DNA of 64,000 bases, from NCBI GenBank assembly GCA_963804975.1, contig CAWDSG010000002.1:277015-341014 (forward strand). Direction: 5' to 3'. The notes beneath the pieces are model-generated. The model worked only from the letters and a program-made list of their open reading frames with translations. It did no database searches and was not told the origin of the DNA. Shown here piece by piece: positions 30,596-40,451 of the stretch. The position numbers and the translations under genes were made by a program. Numbering within the stretch: the first letter of the stretch is position 1; each line of letters opens with the position of its first letter. This stretch comes from an uncultured bacterium (lineage in GTDB: Bacteria; Patescibacteriota; Minisyncoccia; Phycocordibacterales; GWA1-40-21).

Positions 30596-30714
30596 TATGA
30601 ATTCGCAATAAATTCTAATAATGGCACCATCAAAAGATGATGCCATTTTCAATTTTATAAAACAGATTGACTCTCTTCTTATAATTTGTTAATATAAACT
30701 GTTGTTAATTAAAG

Positions 30715-30936
30715 ATGTCAATACCAAATAAAATCAAGGAAACAGCCATGGGCACAGTGCTAGAAGCATTTCCAAACGCACTTTTCAAAGTGAATATGGA
30801 TAATGCAAAAGGAGAATTGCTCTGCTACTTGGCCGGCAAAATGCGGCTTCATCGGATAAAAATATTGATAGGCGACAGGGTGGAAGTTGTGCTTGATGAA
30901 TATGGCGGAAAAGGCAGAATAACGAGGAGATTTTAG
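30715..30936 (+). CDS. infA: Translation initiation factor IF-1
   Basis: [28 protein letters not shown]; promoter TTGACT(30667)-17-TAATAT. Confidence 0.95.
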   Translation: MSIPNKIKETAMGTVLEAFPNALFKVNMDNAKGELLCYLAGKMRLHRIKILIGDRVEVVLDEYGGKGRITRRF

Positions 30937-31070
30937 AAAAATAATGAGCGGAGCGAATTAATTTTCTGCCCCGTGCAGTAAAAATCTTTCAGATTTTATC
31001 GCGCTAAAGCACGATACTGCACAGGGTGATGATTTTAAAACTCGCTTTGCTCCTAATAAAATCAATCATG
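30932..31070 (+). repeat. Nested structured intergenic element, copy A (infA-rpmJ)
   Basis: TTTAGAAAAATAATGAGC...CCCCGTGCAGTA/TACTGCACAGGG...AAAATCAATCATG. Confidence 0.8.
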
Positions 31071-31184
31071 AAAGTAAAAGCATCAGTAAAAAAAATTTGC
31101 GCCAAATGCAAGATGGTCAGGAGAAAAGGCAGGGTTCATATCGTCTGCGCTTCAAATCCAAGGCATAAGCAAAGGCAAGGTTAA
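31068..31184 (+). CDS. rpmJ: 50S ribosomal protein L36
   Basis: Not in ORF track; translated by hand as [38 protein letters not shown]. Confidence 0.95.
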   Translation: MKVKASVKKICAKCKMVRRKGRVHIVCASNPRHKQRQG

Positions 31185-31237
31185 AATAGGTTGATTTTTT
31201 ATAAAGGAAATGCTAATATAGCGGTTCTTGTAATTTT

Positions 31238-31618
31238 ATGCGTATCGCAGGCATCACAATTCCAGACAACAAAAGATTGAAGGTGGGACTGACGGTGCTC
31301 TATGGCATCGGTCTTCCGCTTGCCCGAAAGATACTTGATGAAGCAAAAGTTAGTCAGGATAAAAAACCGGCAGAACTTTCAGCCGCCGAAGAATCAAAAA
31401 TCAGGAAAATCGTGGAGGAAAGGAAAATCGAAGGTGACCTGAAAAGGGAAGTTGCCGGAAATATAAAACGGCTTAAGGACATCAAAAGCTATCGAGGCAC
31501 ACGCCATATGAAAAAACTTCCTTCTCGCGGCCAGAGGACAAAAACCAATTCAAGGACGCTTCGCGGCAACACCAGAAAGACCATGGGAACGGGCAGAAAA
31601 GCGGCGGAAAAGAAATAA
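31238..31618 (+). CDS. rpsM: 30S ribosomal protein S13
   Basis: RIAGITIP, YGIG, YRGTRH..KLP.RGQRTKTN. Confidence 0.95.
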   Translation: MRIAGITIPDNKRLKVGLTVLYGIGLPLARKILDEAKVSQDKKPAELSAAEESKIRKIVEERKIEGDLKREVAGNIKRLKDIKSYRGTRHMKKLPSRGQRTKTNSRTLRGNTRKTMGTGRKAAEKK

Positions 31619-31649
31619 TCATAAAATAAAATAATATACAAAACGAACA

Positions 31650-32105
31650 ATGGGTAAGAAACGAATTGTAAAAACAGATCTGCCTGCCGGCAAGGCAGGA
31701 GATGCGAAGGATACTGCGAAAGCGGCTCCCGAAATAAAGAAAACGTCAAAGAAAAAAATTGATGCGGGTATTTTTCATGTCCAATCGACATACAACAATA
31801 CAATGGTTCTTCTTACCGATAAAACGGGCAATGCGCTTTTAGCTTCTTCCGCGGGAGCCCTTGGATTCAAGGGGGCAAAAAAAGGCACGCCATTTGCAGC
31901 CGCAAAAGTCGGCGAAATGCTCGGTGAAAAAGCAGCCGATTTCGGGCTCAAAGAAATCGATGTCGTGGTTAAAGGAGTCGGTTCGGGAAGGGAATCCGCG
32001 ATACGAGGTTTCATATCGAAAGCCAATGTGAATATCGCCAATATCAAGGACGAAACGCCGGTTCCTCACAACGGCCCAAAGCCGAAAAAGCCAAGAAGAG
32101 TTTAG
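31650..32105 (+). CDS. rpsK: 30S ribosomal protein S11
   Basis: STYNNT, GFKGAKKGTPFAA, KGVGSGRESA, TPVPHNG. Confidence 0.95.
   Translation: MGKKRIVKTDLPAGKAGDAKDTAKAAPEIKKTSKKKIDAGIFHVQSTYNNTMVLLTDKTGNALLASSAGALGFKGAKKGTPFAAAKVGEMLGEKAADFGLKEIDVVVKGVGSGRESAIRGFISKANVNIANIKDETPVPHNGPKPKKPRRV
31679..31699 (+). repeat. 21-bp in-frame coding palindrome, copy in rpsK (LPAGKAG)
   Basis: TCTGCCTGCCGGCAAGGCAGG in the N-terminal tail. Confidence 0.8.
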
Positions 32106-32278
32106 AAAAATAATGAGCAAAGCGAATATATTTTTCAAACCCCGTGAAATAGGGGTAAAAGAAAATAAAAATAACATTAAAAGTTTAATTATGAATAAAT
32201 AACAAGCAAAATTTTAAAAACATTATTTCACGGGGTGATGATTTTTATATTCACTCCGTTCATTAAAAATCAACCATG
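32101..32278 (+). repeat. Nested structured intergenic element, copy B (rpsK-rpsD)
   Basis: TTTAGAAAAATAATGAGC...ACCCCGTGAAATA/TATTTCACGGGGT...AAAATCAACCATG. Confidence 0.8.
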
Positions 32279-32881
32279 ATAACGGGGAAAAGATACAAAA
32301 TAGCGAGAAGATTGGGACCGAGCGTTTTTGACAAGACGCAAAGCAAAAAATTTGTCTTAAGATCCGATTCGAAAGATACAAGACCGAAAAAAAGAGCCGG
32401 ATCGGATTTTGGCGTAAAACTTTTGGAAAAACAGAGAGCCAGAGTCACTTACGGCATAGGCGAAAATCAATTTAAGAATATCGTTGAAAAAATAATCAAA
32501 AAAAGAACGGCAAATATGAATGACGCTCTCATTATTGCGCTTGAAACAAGGCTGGATAATGCGGTCTACAGATTGGGTTTTGCTCCGACGCGCCAAGCTT
32601 CACGCCAGATGGTCAGCCACGGGCATATCAACGTAAACGGAAAAAGGCAGACAATTCCTTCGTCCAACGTTTCTGTCGGCGACATTATATCAATACGGGA
32701 AGGCAGCCAGAAAAAAATGTTATTCAATGATTTGAATGAACGGCTGAAAGAGCGGAAGATTCCCTCATGGCTTGCTTTGAATGCGGAAAAAAAGGAAGCG
32801 AAAGTCCAAGGTCTGCCGAAAATCGCTCTGAACGAACTTTCGTTTGACGTGTCGTCGATATTCCAGTATTACAGCAGATAA
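32276..32881 (+). CDS. rpsD: 30S ribosomal protein S4
   Basis: LLEKQ, LETRLDNAVYRLGF, SRQMVSHGHI, YYSR. Confidence 0.95.
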   Translation: MITGKRYKIARRLGPSVFDKTQSKKFVLRSDSKDTRPKKRAGSDFGVKLLEKQRARVTYGIGENQFKNIVEKIIKKRTANMNDALIIALETRLDNAVYRLGFAPTRQASRQMVSHGHINVNGKRQTIPSSNVSVGDIISIREGSQKKMLFNDLNERLKERKIPSWLALNAEKKEAKVQGLPKIALNELSFDVSSIFQYYSR

Positions 32882-32929
32882 AAAATTAATTTTAATGATT
32901 TAATTTTATTAATTTTAAAAATAAAAAAT

Positions 32930-33889
32930 ATGTCCGATCAATATAAAATATTATTGCCTTCAAAGCCGAGAATCGTTTCAGAAGAGGGGAATTCCGGCTC
33001 TTACGAAATAGATGGCCTCTATCCGGGATACGGGCACACACTCGGGAATTCTCTCCGAAGAATCATTCTTTCCTCCATACCGGGAATTGCCGTGACATCG
33101 GTAAAAATTGCCGGAGTTGACCATGAATTTTCAACGATTAACGGTGTGAAAGAGGACGTAATCAATATAATCCTGAATTTGAAAAAAGTCAGATTTAAGA
33201 CGGTGAACGACGAACCTTACACGGTGGAATTGAAGGCAAAAGGCGTAGAGGACGTGACCGCTGCGAATATAAAAGTGCCTGGCCAGGTTGAAATCTTAAA
33301 TCCTGACCAGCATATCGCTGCTATTACCGACAAAAATGCAGAGCTTTCGATAGAAATCAGAATCCAGAAAGGCCTCGGATTTGTGCCAAAGGAAACTATC
33401 CAAAAAAATAAAATGGAGATAGGAATGATCGCTCTTGATGCCATTTTCACTCCGATAAGGAGAGTGAATTATGACGTTGAAAATATGCGCGTTGGCGACA
33501 GAACTGATTTTAACAAGCTCAAGATTTCCATAGAAACCGACGGCTCAATCACGCCGAATGAAGCTCTTGAAAAATCCATATATATTATGATAGAACAGTT
33601 GAAGGCCATTGTCGGTTTTGAGGAGCCGATGGAGGAAAAAGGGGAGAAAGAGGACAAAAAATCTTCAGGCGGCGAAAAAGAAGTTGATTCGGAATTCCTG
33701 AAAACAAGGATTGAGGGTTTGGATTTGTCCGTAAGGACGGTCAACGCGCTTTCAAACGCGAATATAAGGACTGTCGGGGGCCTGGCAAAGAAAAAAGAAA
33801 AGGATCTTTCCGATATTGACGGACTTGGCGCGAAGGGAATCCAGGAAATCAAAAAAGCTCTGTCAAATTTTGGAATCACGCTGAAATAA
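32930..33889 (+). CDS. rpoA: RNA polymerase alpha subunit
   Basis: GYGHTLGNSLRRIILSS, HEFSTINGVKED, LSVRTVNAL. Confidence 0.97.
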   Translation: MSDQYKILLPSKPRIVSEEGNSGSYEIDGLYPGYGHTLGNSLRRIILSSIPGIAVTSVKIAGVDHEFSTINGVKEDVINIILNLKKVRFKTVNDEPYTVELKAKGVEDVTAANIKVPGQVEILNPDQHIAAITDKNAELSIEIRIQKGLGFVPKETIQKNKMEIGMIALDAIFTPIRRVNYDVENMRVGDRTDFNKLKISIETDGSITPNEALEKSIYIMIEQLKAIVGFEEPMEEKGEKEDKKSSGGEKEVDSEFLKTRIEGLDLSVRTVNALSNANIRTVGGLAKKKEKDLSDIDGLGAKGIQEIKKALSNFGITLK

Positions 33890-33898
33890 AATAATTTT

Positions 33899-34246
33899 AT
33901 GTTGCATAGGAATAAAAACAAACAATTAAGCCGGACAAGAAATCAGAGAAACGCGCTTCTAAAGACGCTTGTCGTTTCTCTTGTCCGAGACGGAAAAATC
34001 AAGACCACGCAAATCAAGGCAAAAGTCCTGAAATCTTTCATTGAAAAGCTTATTACCAAAGGCAAAGGAGGCGGTTTGAATGCGCGGAAGCTTCTTGCAA
34101 GCAAAGTCGGTCCGGCTACAGCGAAAAAAATAGTAAAAGAAATATCGCCGAAATATAAAGACAGAAATGGCGGCTACACCAGAGTCGTAAAATTAGAAAG
34201 GCGGTTATCCGATGGCTCATATATGGCCCAGATAGAATTTGTATAA
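33899..34246 (+). CDS. rplQ: 50S ribosomal protein L17
   Basis: IKTT..KAK, RNGGYTRVVK. Confidence 0.95.
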   Translation: MLHRNKNKQLSRTRNQRNALLKTLVVSLVRDGKIKTTQIKAKVLKSFIEKLITKGKGGGLNARKLLASKVGPATAKKIVKEISPKYKDRNGGYTRVVKLERRLSDGSYMAQIEFV

Positions 34247-34254
34247 TAAAAAAT

Positions 34255-34611
34255 ATGAATAACGAAAAGAAAATTTACAAAATAGATGCGGCGGGGGAAA
34301 AAATAGGTAGGATAGCCACGAGAGCCGCCGGTTTGCTTACCGGTAAAAATCTTGTCGAATATGCCAGAAATAAAGTTTTCAATACGCAAGTCATAATAGA
34401 AAATGCGTCAAAACTCGATATTTTTGAAGGTAAGCTGAAAAATATGTACAAAAGATATTCGGGATATCCCGGAGGCCTTCATGAAAAAAGCATGGAGCAG
34501 ATCATAGGTAAAAAAGGCAAAAGCGCGGTGCTCAAACTTGCCATTGCCGGCATGCTTCCTCACAATAAGTTGAAATCAAGAGTTATCAGGAATTTGATTA
34601 TCAAGGAATAA
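34255..34611 (+). CDS. rplM: 50S ribosomal protein L13 (short)
   Basis: IDAAG..IGRIA, YSGYPGGL, GMLPHNKL. Confidence 0.93.
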   Translation: MNNEKKIYKIDAAGEKIGRIATRAAGLLTGKNLVEYARNKVFNTQVIIENASKLDIFEGKLKNMYKRYSGYPGGLHEKSMEQIIGKKGKSAVLKLAIAGMLPHNKLKSRVIRNLIIKE

Positions 34612-34625
34612 TTAATTAATCCAAT

Positions 34626-35081
34626 ATGGCGGAAAAAGAAGCAAAAAAAGAAAAAATCGCAAAAGCAAAGCCGGTGGCGGAAAAATCCGCCAGATATACC
34701 GAAGCGGTCGGCAGAAGAAAGACCTCGGTTGCGAGAGTCAGAGCCACTCCTTCAGCAAAAGGATCGGTTATTATCAATGACGGAAAAAGTGTCAATGATT
34801 ATTTCAAAATAGAAGCGCAGCGTATCATAGCGCTTGAGTCGTTGAAAAAAGCGGGCAAAGAAAATCATCTGGCGATAACCGCGATGGTAAGCGGCGGGGG
34901 AATCAATTCGCAGGCGGAAGCTTTGCGCCACGCAATCGCAAGAGTCCTCATCAAGATTGAGCCGGAGCTCAGGAAAGATTTGAAAAAAGCAGGATTTCTA
35001 AAAAGAGATCCCCGGGCAAAAGAAAGAAGAAAATTCGGTTTGAAAAAAGCAAGAAAAGCTCCGCAATGGTCAAAGAGATAA
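34626..35081 (+). CDS. rpsI: 30S ribosomal protein S9
   Basis: GRRKTSVARV, GGGINSQA, RDPR.KERRKFGLKKARKAPQWSKR. Confidence 0.95.
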   Translation: MAEKEAKKEKIAKAKPVAEKSARYTEAVGRRKTSVARVRATPSAKGSVIINDGKSVNDYFKIEAQRIIALESLKKAGKENHLAITAMVSGGGINSQAEALRHAIARVLIKIEPELRKDLKKAGFLKRDPRAKERRKFGLKKARKAPQWSKR

Positions 35082-35092
35082 AAAATTTTCTG

Positions 35093-35130
35093 CCTGTTGA
35101 TAAAAACCCCGAGGTTAAACCTCGGGGTTT
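35093..35130. repeat. REP-like palindrome copy 2, left border of the pyrF cassette
   Basis: CCTGTTGATAA + AAACCCCGAGGTTAAACCTCGGGGTTT. Confidence 0.8.
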
Positions 35131-35232
35131 CATATTTGACTTTATCGGATTTTAGAGTAATGTCATATACAGAATCTACAGGATTTTCAGTTCTTAGACA
35201 TCAAAATCTCATTTTTCAGAAGGAGATAAAAA

Positions 35233-36003
35233 ATGCTTGACACAAAGTTCACCGATAAAGATAAAGAAATTGCCAAAAGATTATGGGTGGCTATTGATTT
35301 TGCAAGAGACCCCAAATTCGATCAATCACCGGCAACTTTACCGTATTATTTAACGAAGATGATCAATAATTTTTCGGATATTGGCGTCGTTTTGAAATTC
35401 AATTCACTGCTTCGCTTCTGGGGATGGACTCTGTATAATTATTTGAAAAAACAGCATGATTTTAAAATATGTGCTGATTTCAAACTGAATGATGTTTCCG
35501 ATGCTATGCGCGACGATGCCTCTTTTTGGACCGTTCTTAAACCTGATGTAATGACAGTAATGTGTTCGTCAGGCAAGGATGGCATGAAGGCAGTGAGGGA
35601 AACATTTTCCAATGAGACGAAAATTTTTGCCATACCGGTACTAACAGGTTATACGAAGGAAAATCATTACAAAACTTTTGGCTGCAACATTCGCGATGCT
35701 ATTTTGCGTTTTGCCGGCCAAGCTGCCGAAGCGGGGATAGACGGGCTTATCATGGCTCCAAAAGAGATCTCGATAATCCGCAAGGAATTTAAAGATCGAT
35801 TTATCATTACGGCGGCTGGGATTCGTCCTCCGGGGTTTTCTGTTCCTAACGATGATCAAGGTTTTGACAGGATTGGAACTCTGGAAGAAGCGGTTTATCT
35901 TGGAGCCAATAATTTTATTGTCGGAAGATATATTACCAGGTCGGATAATCCGAGGGAAACGGCAATGGCAATGATTCAAGAAATCAAAGATATGGTTTCC
36001 TGA
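35233..36003 (+). CDS. pyrF: Orotidine 5'-phosphate decarboxylase (divergent)
   Basis: VAIDF, DFKLND (DxKxxD), GIRP, DDQ, IVGRYIT; SD AAGGAG. Confidence 0.8.
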   Translation: MLDTKFTDKDKEIAKRLWVAIDFARDPKFDQSPATLPYYLTKMINNFSDIGVVLKFNSLLRFWGWTLYNYLKKQHDFKICADFKLNDVSDAMRDDASFWTVLKPDVMTVMCSSGKDGMKAVRETFSNETKIFAIPVLTGYTKENHYKTFGCNIRDAILRFAGQAAEAGIDGLIMAPKEISIIRKEFKDRFIITAAGIRPPGFSVPNDDQGFDRIGTLEEAVYLGANNFIVGRYITRSDNPRETAMAMIQEIKDMVS

Positions 36004-36032
36004 GGAATTTCTGAATGAAATTTTTGGATTCG

Positions 36033-36064
36033 GGCCGCGCGGGTTTTTGACGCGCGGCTTTTTT
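36033..36064 (+). terminator. Intrinsic terminator of pyrF
   Basis: GCCGCGCG...CGCGCGGC followed by TTTTTT. Confidence 0.75.
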
Positions 36065-36073
36065 GTTTATTCC

Positions 36074-36111
36074 AAACCCCGAGGTTAAACCTCGGGGTTT
36101 TTATCAACAGG
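36074..36111. repeat. REP-like palindrome copy 3, right border of the pyrF cassette
   Basis: AAACCCCGAGGTTAAACCTCGGGGTTT + TTATCAACAGG. Confidence 0.8.
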
Positions 36112-36178
36112 TAATTTTCATATGAATATCGTAAGCGCATGATATTATGGCGATAATGCTCGTTTCAAACAATTTTAA

Positions 36179-39100
36179 ATGAAATTTAAGAAATTTCATT
36201 TATTAATATTTTGCCTGATATTTTTTGGATTTTTATTTCAATTCCGTTATTCTTTTGCTGAAGTTATTTTTCAAATTTCTCCATTAGATTATTCTTCATT
36301 TGTAGGTCAAGAAGCAATTGCCTCTAATTATTACAGAGGTTTTTATTCTTGGATTTGCACCGCTACAAACGGTTGTCCCATTGGCAGCACTATCTACAAT
36401 GTCGGGGTGTGGCTGACAAAGGTCGGGAATCCGGACGGATTAGCGATGCAGGAAAATCAAAACTTTATGAGCACAAATTTTAATTCAGTATCAAATATTG
36501 TTGATGCCTCCGATATTCCCAGCGATAATTCAAAGTTAATTTATTTTTATTTTCCACAAGGCGTTACGTTAACTGAAACGACTGCCTTTAACCTTTTTAT
36601 CTCAACAAATTCAAACATTATATATCCGAACGATTTTTATTATATAAAAGTATGGAATGGTCTGTACGGGGAGGATGATTATACTTATCCGCAAAGCTGG
36701 TGTTTTTCCAACTGGGGATGCGCAAGCTCTCGGCCATTCATTTCTCTGGAATCAACTTCTACCGATCTTTTCGCTAAACCGAAAATTACTCTTCTCGGTG
36801 ATAATCCATTAAAAATTTCAGCAAGCACCGCTATGGCTTATACAGATCCCGGCGCAACGGCCCTAGATAATCTCGGTAACGACATTACCGCAAACATATC
36901 GGTATCAAATAATGTCGATATCACTGCGACCGGAACTTACACTGTCGTTTATACCGTATCGGATAAAACCGGTAATATTGCTTCATCAACTAGAGTTGTG
37001 GATGTTGTTGCGCCTGATGCGCCGGAAGCCAAACCAACTTGCTGTTCAAATGTTTTGTTTATTCCGGGGCTTGAAGCGAGCAGATTGTACGATGAAGATG
37101 GAAATCAAATCTGGGAGCCGGGAATTCTTGAAGATAATTCACAACTTGATTTGGATGAAAGCGGTACGCCGATTCGCGATGATATTTATACCAAAGATGT
37201 TATTGATAACGCGTACGTGCCCGTGCTTGGTAATATTTATAAATCTTTCATCGCCAAAATGAATGAGATGAAATCTGCCGGGACGATCAATGACTGGTCT
37301 GCGGCGCCGTATGATTGGCGATTGTCGCTTGACGAGATTTTGAATAACGGAAACGAGGATTCCGCCGGAGATATTTATTATTCCGGAGACAATGGCTCAA
37401 CTTCAAGCCCGTATATCATCACAGAGCTTCGCCGTCTTGCTGAGAGTTCTCAGACGGGCAAAGTGGCGATTATCGCGCATTCAAACGGCGGGCTTGTGGC
37501 AAAAGCTCTGACGGACGCGCTCGGTTCCGATGCATCAAAACTTATTGACAAGATTATTTTTGTCGCCGTGCCGCAAGTCGGAACGCCGAAAGCGATTGGC
37601 GCGATTCTCCACGGTTTTGATTCCGGTTTGCCGATTTCGTGGTTTGGATTTTATTTCTCACCTGAAGACGCAAGAAATCTTGGAGAAAATATGCCGTCAG
37701 TTTACAACTTGCTTCCGTCAGCCGATTATTTTTCAAATGTGAGCGACCCTGCAGTGACTTTTGATAATTCGGATTTTCTTGCGCCATGGCGGAAAAAATA
37801 TGGCAATAAGATTTCATCAGAAAATAAGCTGGAAAATTTTCTGGACGATCAATCGCGGCCGGCCTTGCTGGCATTAGATTCGCTTGCTTTTCCAATTTCT
37901 GCGAATAAAAATCTCTTGAATGATGCGCAAAATCTTCACGACAGCGAGCTTGATGATTGGACTTTGCCTTCGGGAGTCGCGCTCACCGAGATTGCCGGAT
38001 GGGGAGAGGATACGGTCAAATCAATAAATTATTACGAAGGATACGAACTTGATTGTCCTATTTTAAGTATTTTTTCTCTCTTCTGCGCTACTATAAAACC
38101 GACGCTTGAATATGATCCCATTATGACTTCAGACGGCGATGGCACAGTTGTCACGCCAAGCGCGCTTTGGATGGCGACTTCAACTGAAGTAGGAAGGTAT
38201 TGGGTGAACTTAAATCAATATAATGCAGATAATCTTAATATACAAAATGGTTTAGGATTACTTCCTTTTAAACATGCCGATATTCTTGAAGTGCCAAATC
38301 TTACTGATTTCATTAAAAATATAATTATGCAAAATTCGGATTCATTGCCACAATATATTTCCACTTCATCGCCTCTGGATACCGACATTAAAAAACAGCT
38401 TCACTTCATTCTTCATTCGGGCGGATCTTCCGGCGCATCTCTCGCCGTCTATGACAACCTTGGCAATCTCACGGGCTTTTCCACAACAAGCAATCTCGTG
38501 ATGGAAGAAATTCCTGATAGCGATTATCAGACACTCGGATACGTCACATATATCAGTGTTCCGGCAAATATCGCGGCGCATGCAGTGGTGCATAGAGGCG
38601 GAAAAAGCGGAAGCAGTGGAAATAACGGAAGCGAATCATTCACTCTCAATATTCAAGAAACTGAAAGTGAAACAATAATCGCTTCCACCACTTTTGCGGC
38701 GGTGCCTTCAGGCGTAAGTACGACTGCAACGATTGATATTCCCGCGGATGCAAACGGCGGCATTGCAAGCAGTTCGCCTTTGGTCGTGGATGAGAACGGC
38801 AATGGAGAAGCAGAAATCACAATACAGCCGATTCTCAATAGCACAGTATTGCCGGATTTTGCCACGACGACTCTTGCCACAACAACAGATGAATCAAATG
38901 ATAATCAAAGCAATAATCAAAATAATCAAACTAATGGCAATCAAAATGAAACAAACCAAATTAGCGCTGGTATTGGCGCCGGTTCTTCATATTTTGCTCC
39001 TTTGCCGCTTGCTAACAATGAAACATTTTCTGCAATCATAATTCCTGATGTTGTGAATGCGCTGAATAAAATTCAGCCGGTAAAACAAATCGCTAATTCT

Positions 39101-39343
39101 GGAACTATTTTGCCGAATCCAGTTTCAGTCGGCGCAAATAATACAAATCCATATTCCGTTATAAAAACCGTTTCAAATACAAATTCAAGCGCTAGAAATG
39201 CTATTGCCGCAGCCATAAGCGCAAATCCAATCGCTTCAAGCATAAGCGAAGCAGCGGTTGGCAATTTTCCCATCAGTGTTAAGATACTTATTGTGATCGG
39301 CGTGTTGCTTATCGCGCTGATTATCTGGATTAAATTTATTTAA
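36179..39343 (+). CDS. Surface-anchored alpha/beta-hydrolase (LCAT/PGAP1-like lipase or acyltransferase) with DUF5011 Ig domain
   Basis: Signal peptide; VLFIPGLEASRL, PYDWR, IIAHSNGG, DGDGTV, H..IL; C-terminal TM. Confidence 0.75.
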   Translation: MKFKKFHLLIFCLIFFGFLFQFRYSFAEVIFQISPLDYSSFVGQEAIASNYYRGFYSWICTATNGCPIGSTIYNVGVWLTKVGNPDGLAMQENQNFMSTNFNSVSNIVDASDIPSDNSKLIYFYFPQGVTLTETTAFNLFISTNSNIIYPNDFYYIKVWNGLYGEDDYTYPQSWCFSNWGCASSRPFISLESTSTDLFAKPKITLLGDNPLKISASTAMAYTDPGATALDNLGNDITANISVSNNVDITATGTYTVVYTVSDKTGNIASSTRVVDVVAPDAPEAKPTCCSNVLFIPGLEASRLYDEDGNQIWEPGILEDNSQLDLDESGTPIRDDIYTKDVIDNAYVPVLGNIYKSFIAKMNEMKSAGTINDWSAAPYDWRLSLDEILNNGNEDSAGDIYYSGDNGSTSSPYIITELRRLAESSQTGKVAIIAHSNGGLVAKALTDALGSDASKLIDKIIFVAVPQVGTPKAIGAILHGFDSGLPISWFGFYFSPEDARNLGENMPSVYNLLPSADYFSNVSDPAVTFDNSDFLAPWRKKYGNKISSENKLENFLDDQSRPALLALDSLAFPISANKNLLNDAQNLHDSELDDWTLPSGVALTEIAGWGEDTVKSINYYEGYELDCPILSIFSLFCATIKPTLEYDPIMTSDGDGTVVTPSALWMATSTEVGRYWVNLNQYNADNLNIQNGLGLLPFKHADILEVPNLTDFIKNIIMQNSDSLPQYISTSSPLDTDIKKQLHFILHSGGSSGASLAVYDNLGNLTGFSTTSNLVMEEIPDSDYQTLGYVTYISVPANIAAHAVVHRGGKSGSSGNNGSESFTLNIQETESETIIASTTFAAVPSGVSTTATIDIPADANGGIASSSPLVVDENGNGEAEITIQPILNSTVLPDFATTTLATTTDESNDNQSNNQNNQTNGNQNETNQISAGIGAGSSYFAPLPLANNETFSAIIIPDVVNALNKIQPVKQIANSGTILPNPVSVGANNTNPYSVIKTVSNTNSSARNAIAAAISANPIASSISEAAVGNFPISVKILIVIGVLLIALIIWIKFI

Positions 39344-39775
39344 ATGAATAAAACAAAAAATATAGTTTTATTGATTTCTGTGATTATAGGTGGAGGATTG
39401 ATTTTATTGAGTTTTATTACAATATCTGGTTTTTGTGATTTTTTAGACAATATTCATAATCCAAATGTTTTTGATACAACTTGCATAAATTATATTTATA
39501 ACACCAGAATGATATTTTTTATTTTTCCTTTTGTTTTCCTTTTCTCTCTCATTACTTATTTTATGAAAGATGAAATTTTCTCTGCATGGTGGAAATTTAC
39601 CTATAAATGGGCGCTTTTAACTATGATTCTTGTCCTTATAACTCCAGGCGGAAGCGGTTCTTTTTTCCCAAGTTTAATCAGTCCAGGCGTGGTCGCATTC
39701 CTTATGTCCTGCCTTTTCGCCATAATTTCTATTGTTATTATAATTGTTAAACTCATTCAAACCCATAAGAAATAA
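39344..39775 (+). CDS. Small 4-TM membrane protein
   Basis: Four hydrophobic segments; start abuts the upstream stop. Confidence 0.65.
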   Translation: MNKTKNIVLLISVIIGGGLILLSFITISGFCDFLDNIHNPNVFDTTCINYIYNTRMIFFIFPFVFLFSLITYFMKDEIFSAWWKFTYKWALLTMILVLITPGGSGSFFPSLISPGVVAFLMSCLFAIISIVIIIVKLIQTHKK

Positions 39776-39887
39776 AAAGTTTAATTAATCTCTTAGGATT
39801 AAAATTATTTCGGTGGAATGAATGTTGATGAAAATATCCATAGGCAAAAGCTCGGGGAATTTGCATATTATGTGTTAAGATAGCAGT

Positions 39888-40361
39888 GTGAATATAGATA
39901 TCAGCAACTTCGAAGAAATTAAAATAAAGGGAGAAGAAATGTACAAAAATATTTCTGATACTTTTTGTCCATATTTAGGAAAAACAGTATCTTTTAATGC
40001 CCAGGGAATAGAACATTTAAAATTCAAAAATAGAGAGCGGGCAAGACCACCGAAAGATCAGTATATGAGATTGAAACTCATTCACCTTGCTCCAGAAGTT
40101 TTAAAAAATTCAAAAACAGTTCAGGGTATATTGGAGACCAAAAAATTTGAAACAATAAAAGTTAATAGCAGAAAAGATACTATTTTAAAACCAGTAAATT
40201 ATTTTGAGTTTATTGCAGTTATAAAAAGAAACAGAGTTAAAGTTATTGTCAAACAAATTGATGGTGGAAATCTTTTCTTTTGGAGTCTGATTCCTTTTTG
40301 GAGAATGAATGATGATACAATGACCAGAATATTACATGATGGAAGTCCAGAAGAAGATTAA
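39888..40361 (+). CDS. Hypothetical protein, possible RelE/PBECR-like nuclease fold
   Basis: V.FN..G..HL motif followed by a basic helix and a terminal beta-meander (YFEFIAV, VKVIVKQ, FFWSLIP); fold assignment is an inference. Confidence 0.5.
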   Translation: MNIDISNFEEIKIKGEEMYKNISDTFCPYLGKTVSFNAQGIEHLKFKNRERARPPKDQYMRLKLIHLAPEVLKNSKTVQGILETKKFETIKVNSRKDTILKPVNYFEFIAVIKRNRVKVIVKQIDGGNLFFWSLIPFWRMNDDTMTRILHDGSPEED

Positions 40362-40366
40362 TATAA

Positions 40367-40451
40367 CAAAAAACGCCACAGCTGGTGGCGTTCTTTGTTA
40401 GCGTTTGGCTACAGCTTTTAAGCCGTGAGAGGGCGAACCCTCCAAACGCTA
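40367..40451 (-). ncRNA. Putative ~85-nt structured small RNA (three-way junction plus terminator)
   Basis: Minus-strand promoter TTGACT(40485-40480)-17-TATATT with extended TG; 10-bp closing stem, AGGG-UUCG-CCCU hairpin, ACGGCU-UAAA-AGCUGU hairpin, terminator AACGCCAC/GTGGCGTT then U tract. Confidence 0.65.
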
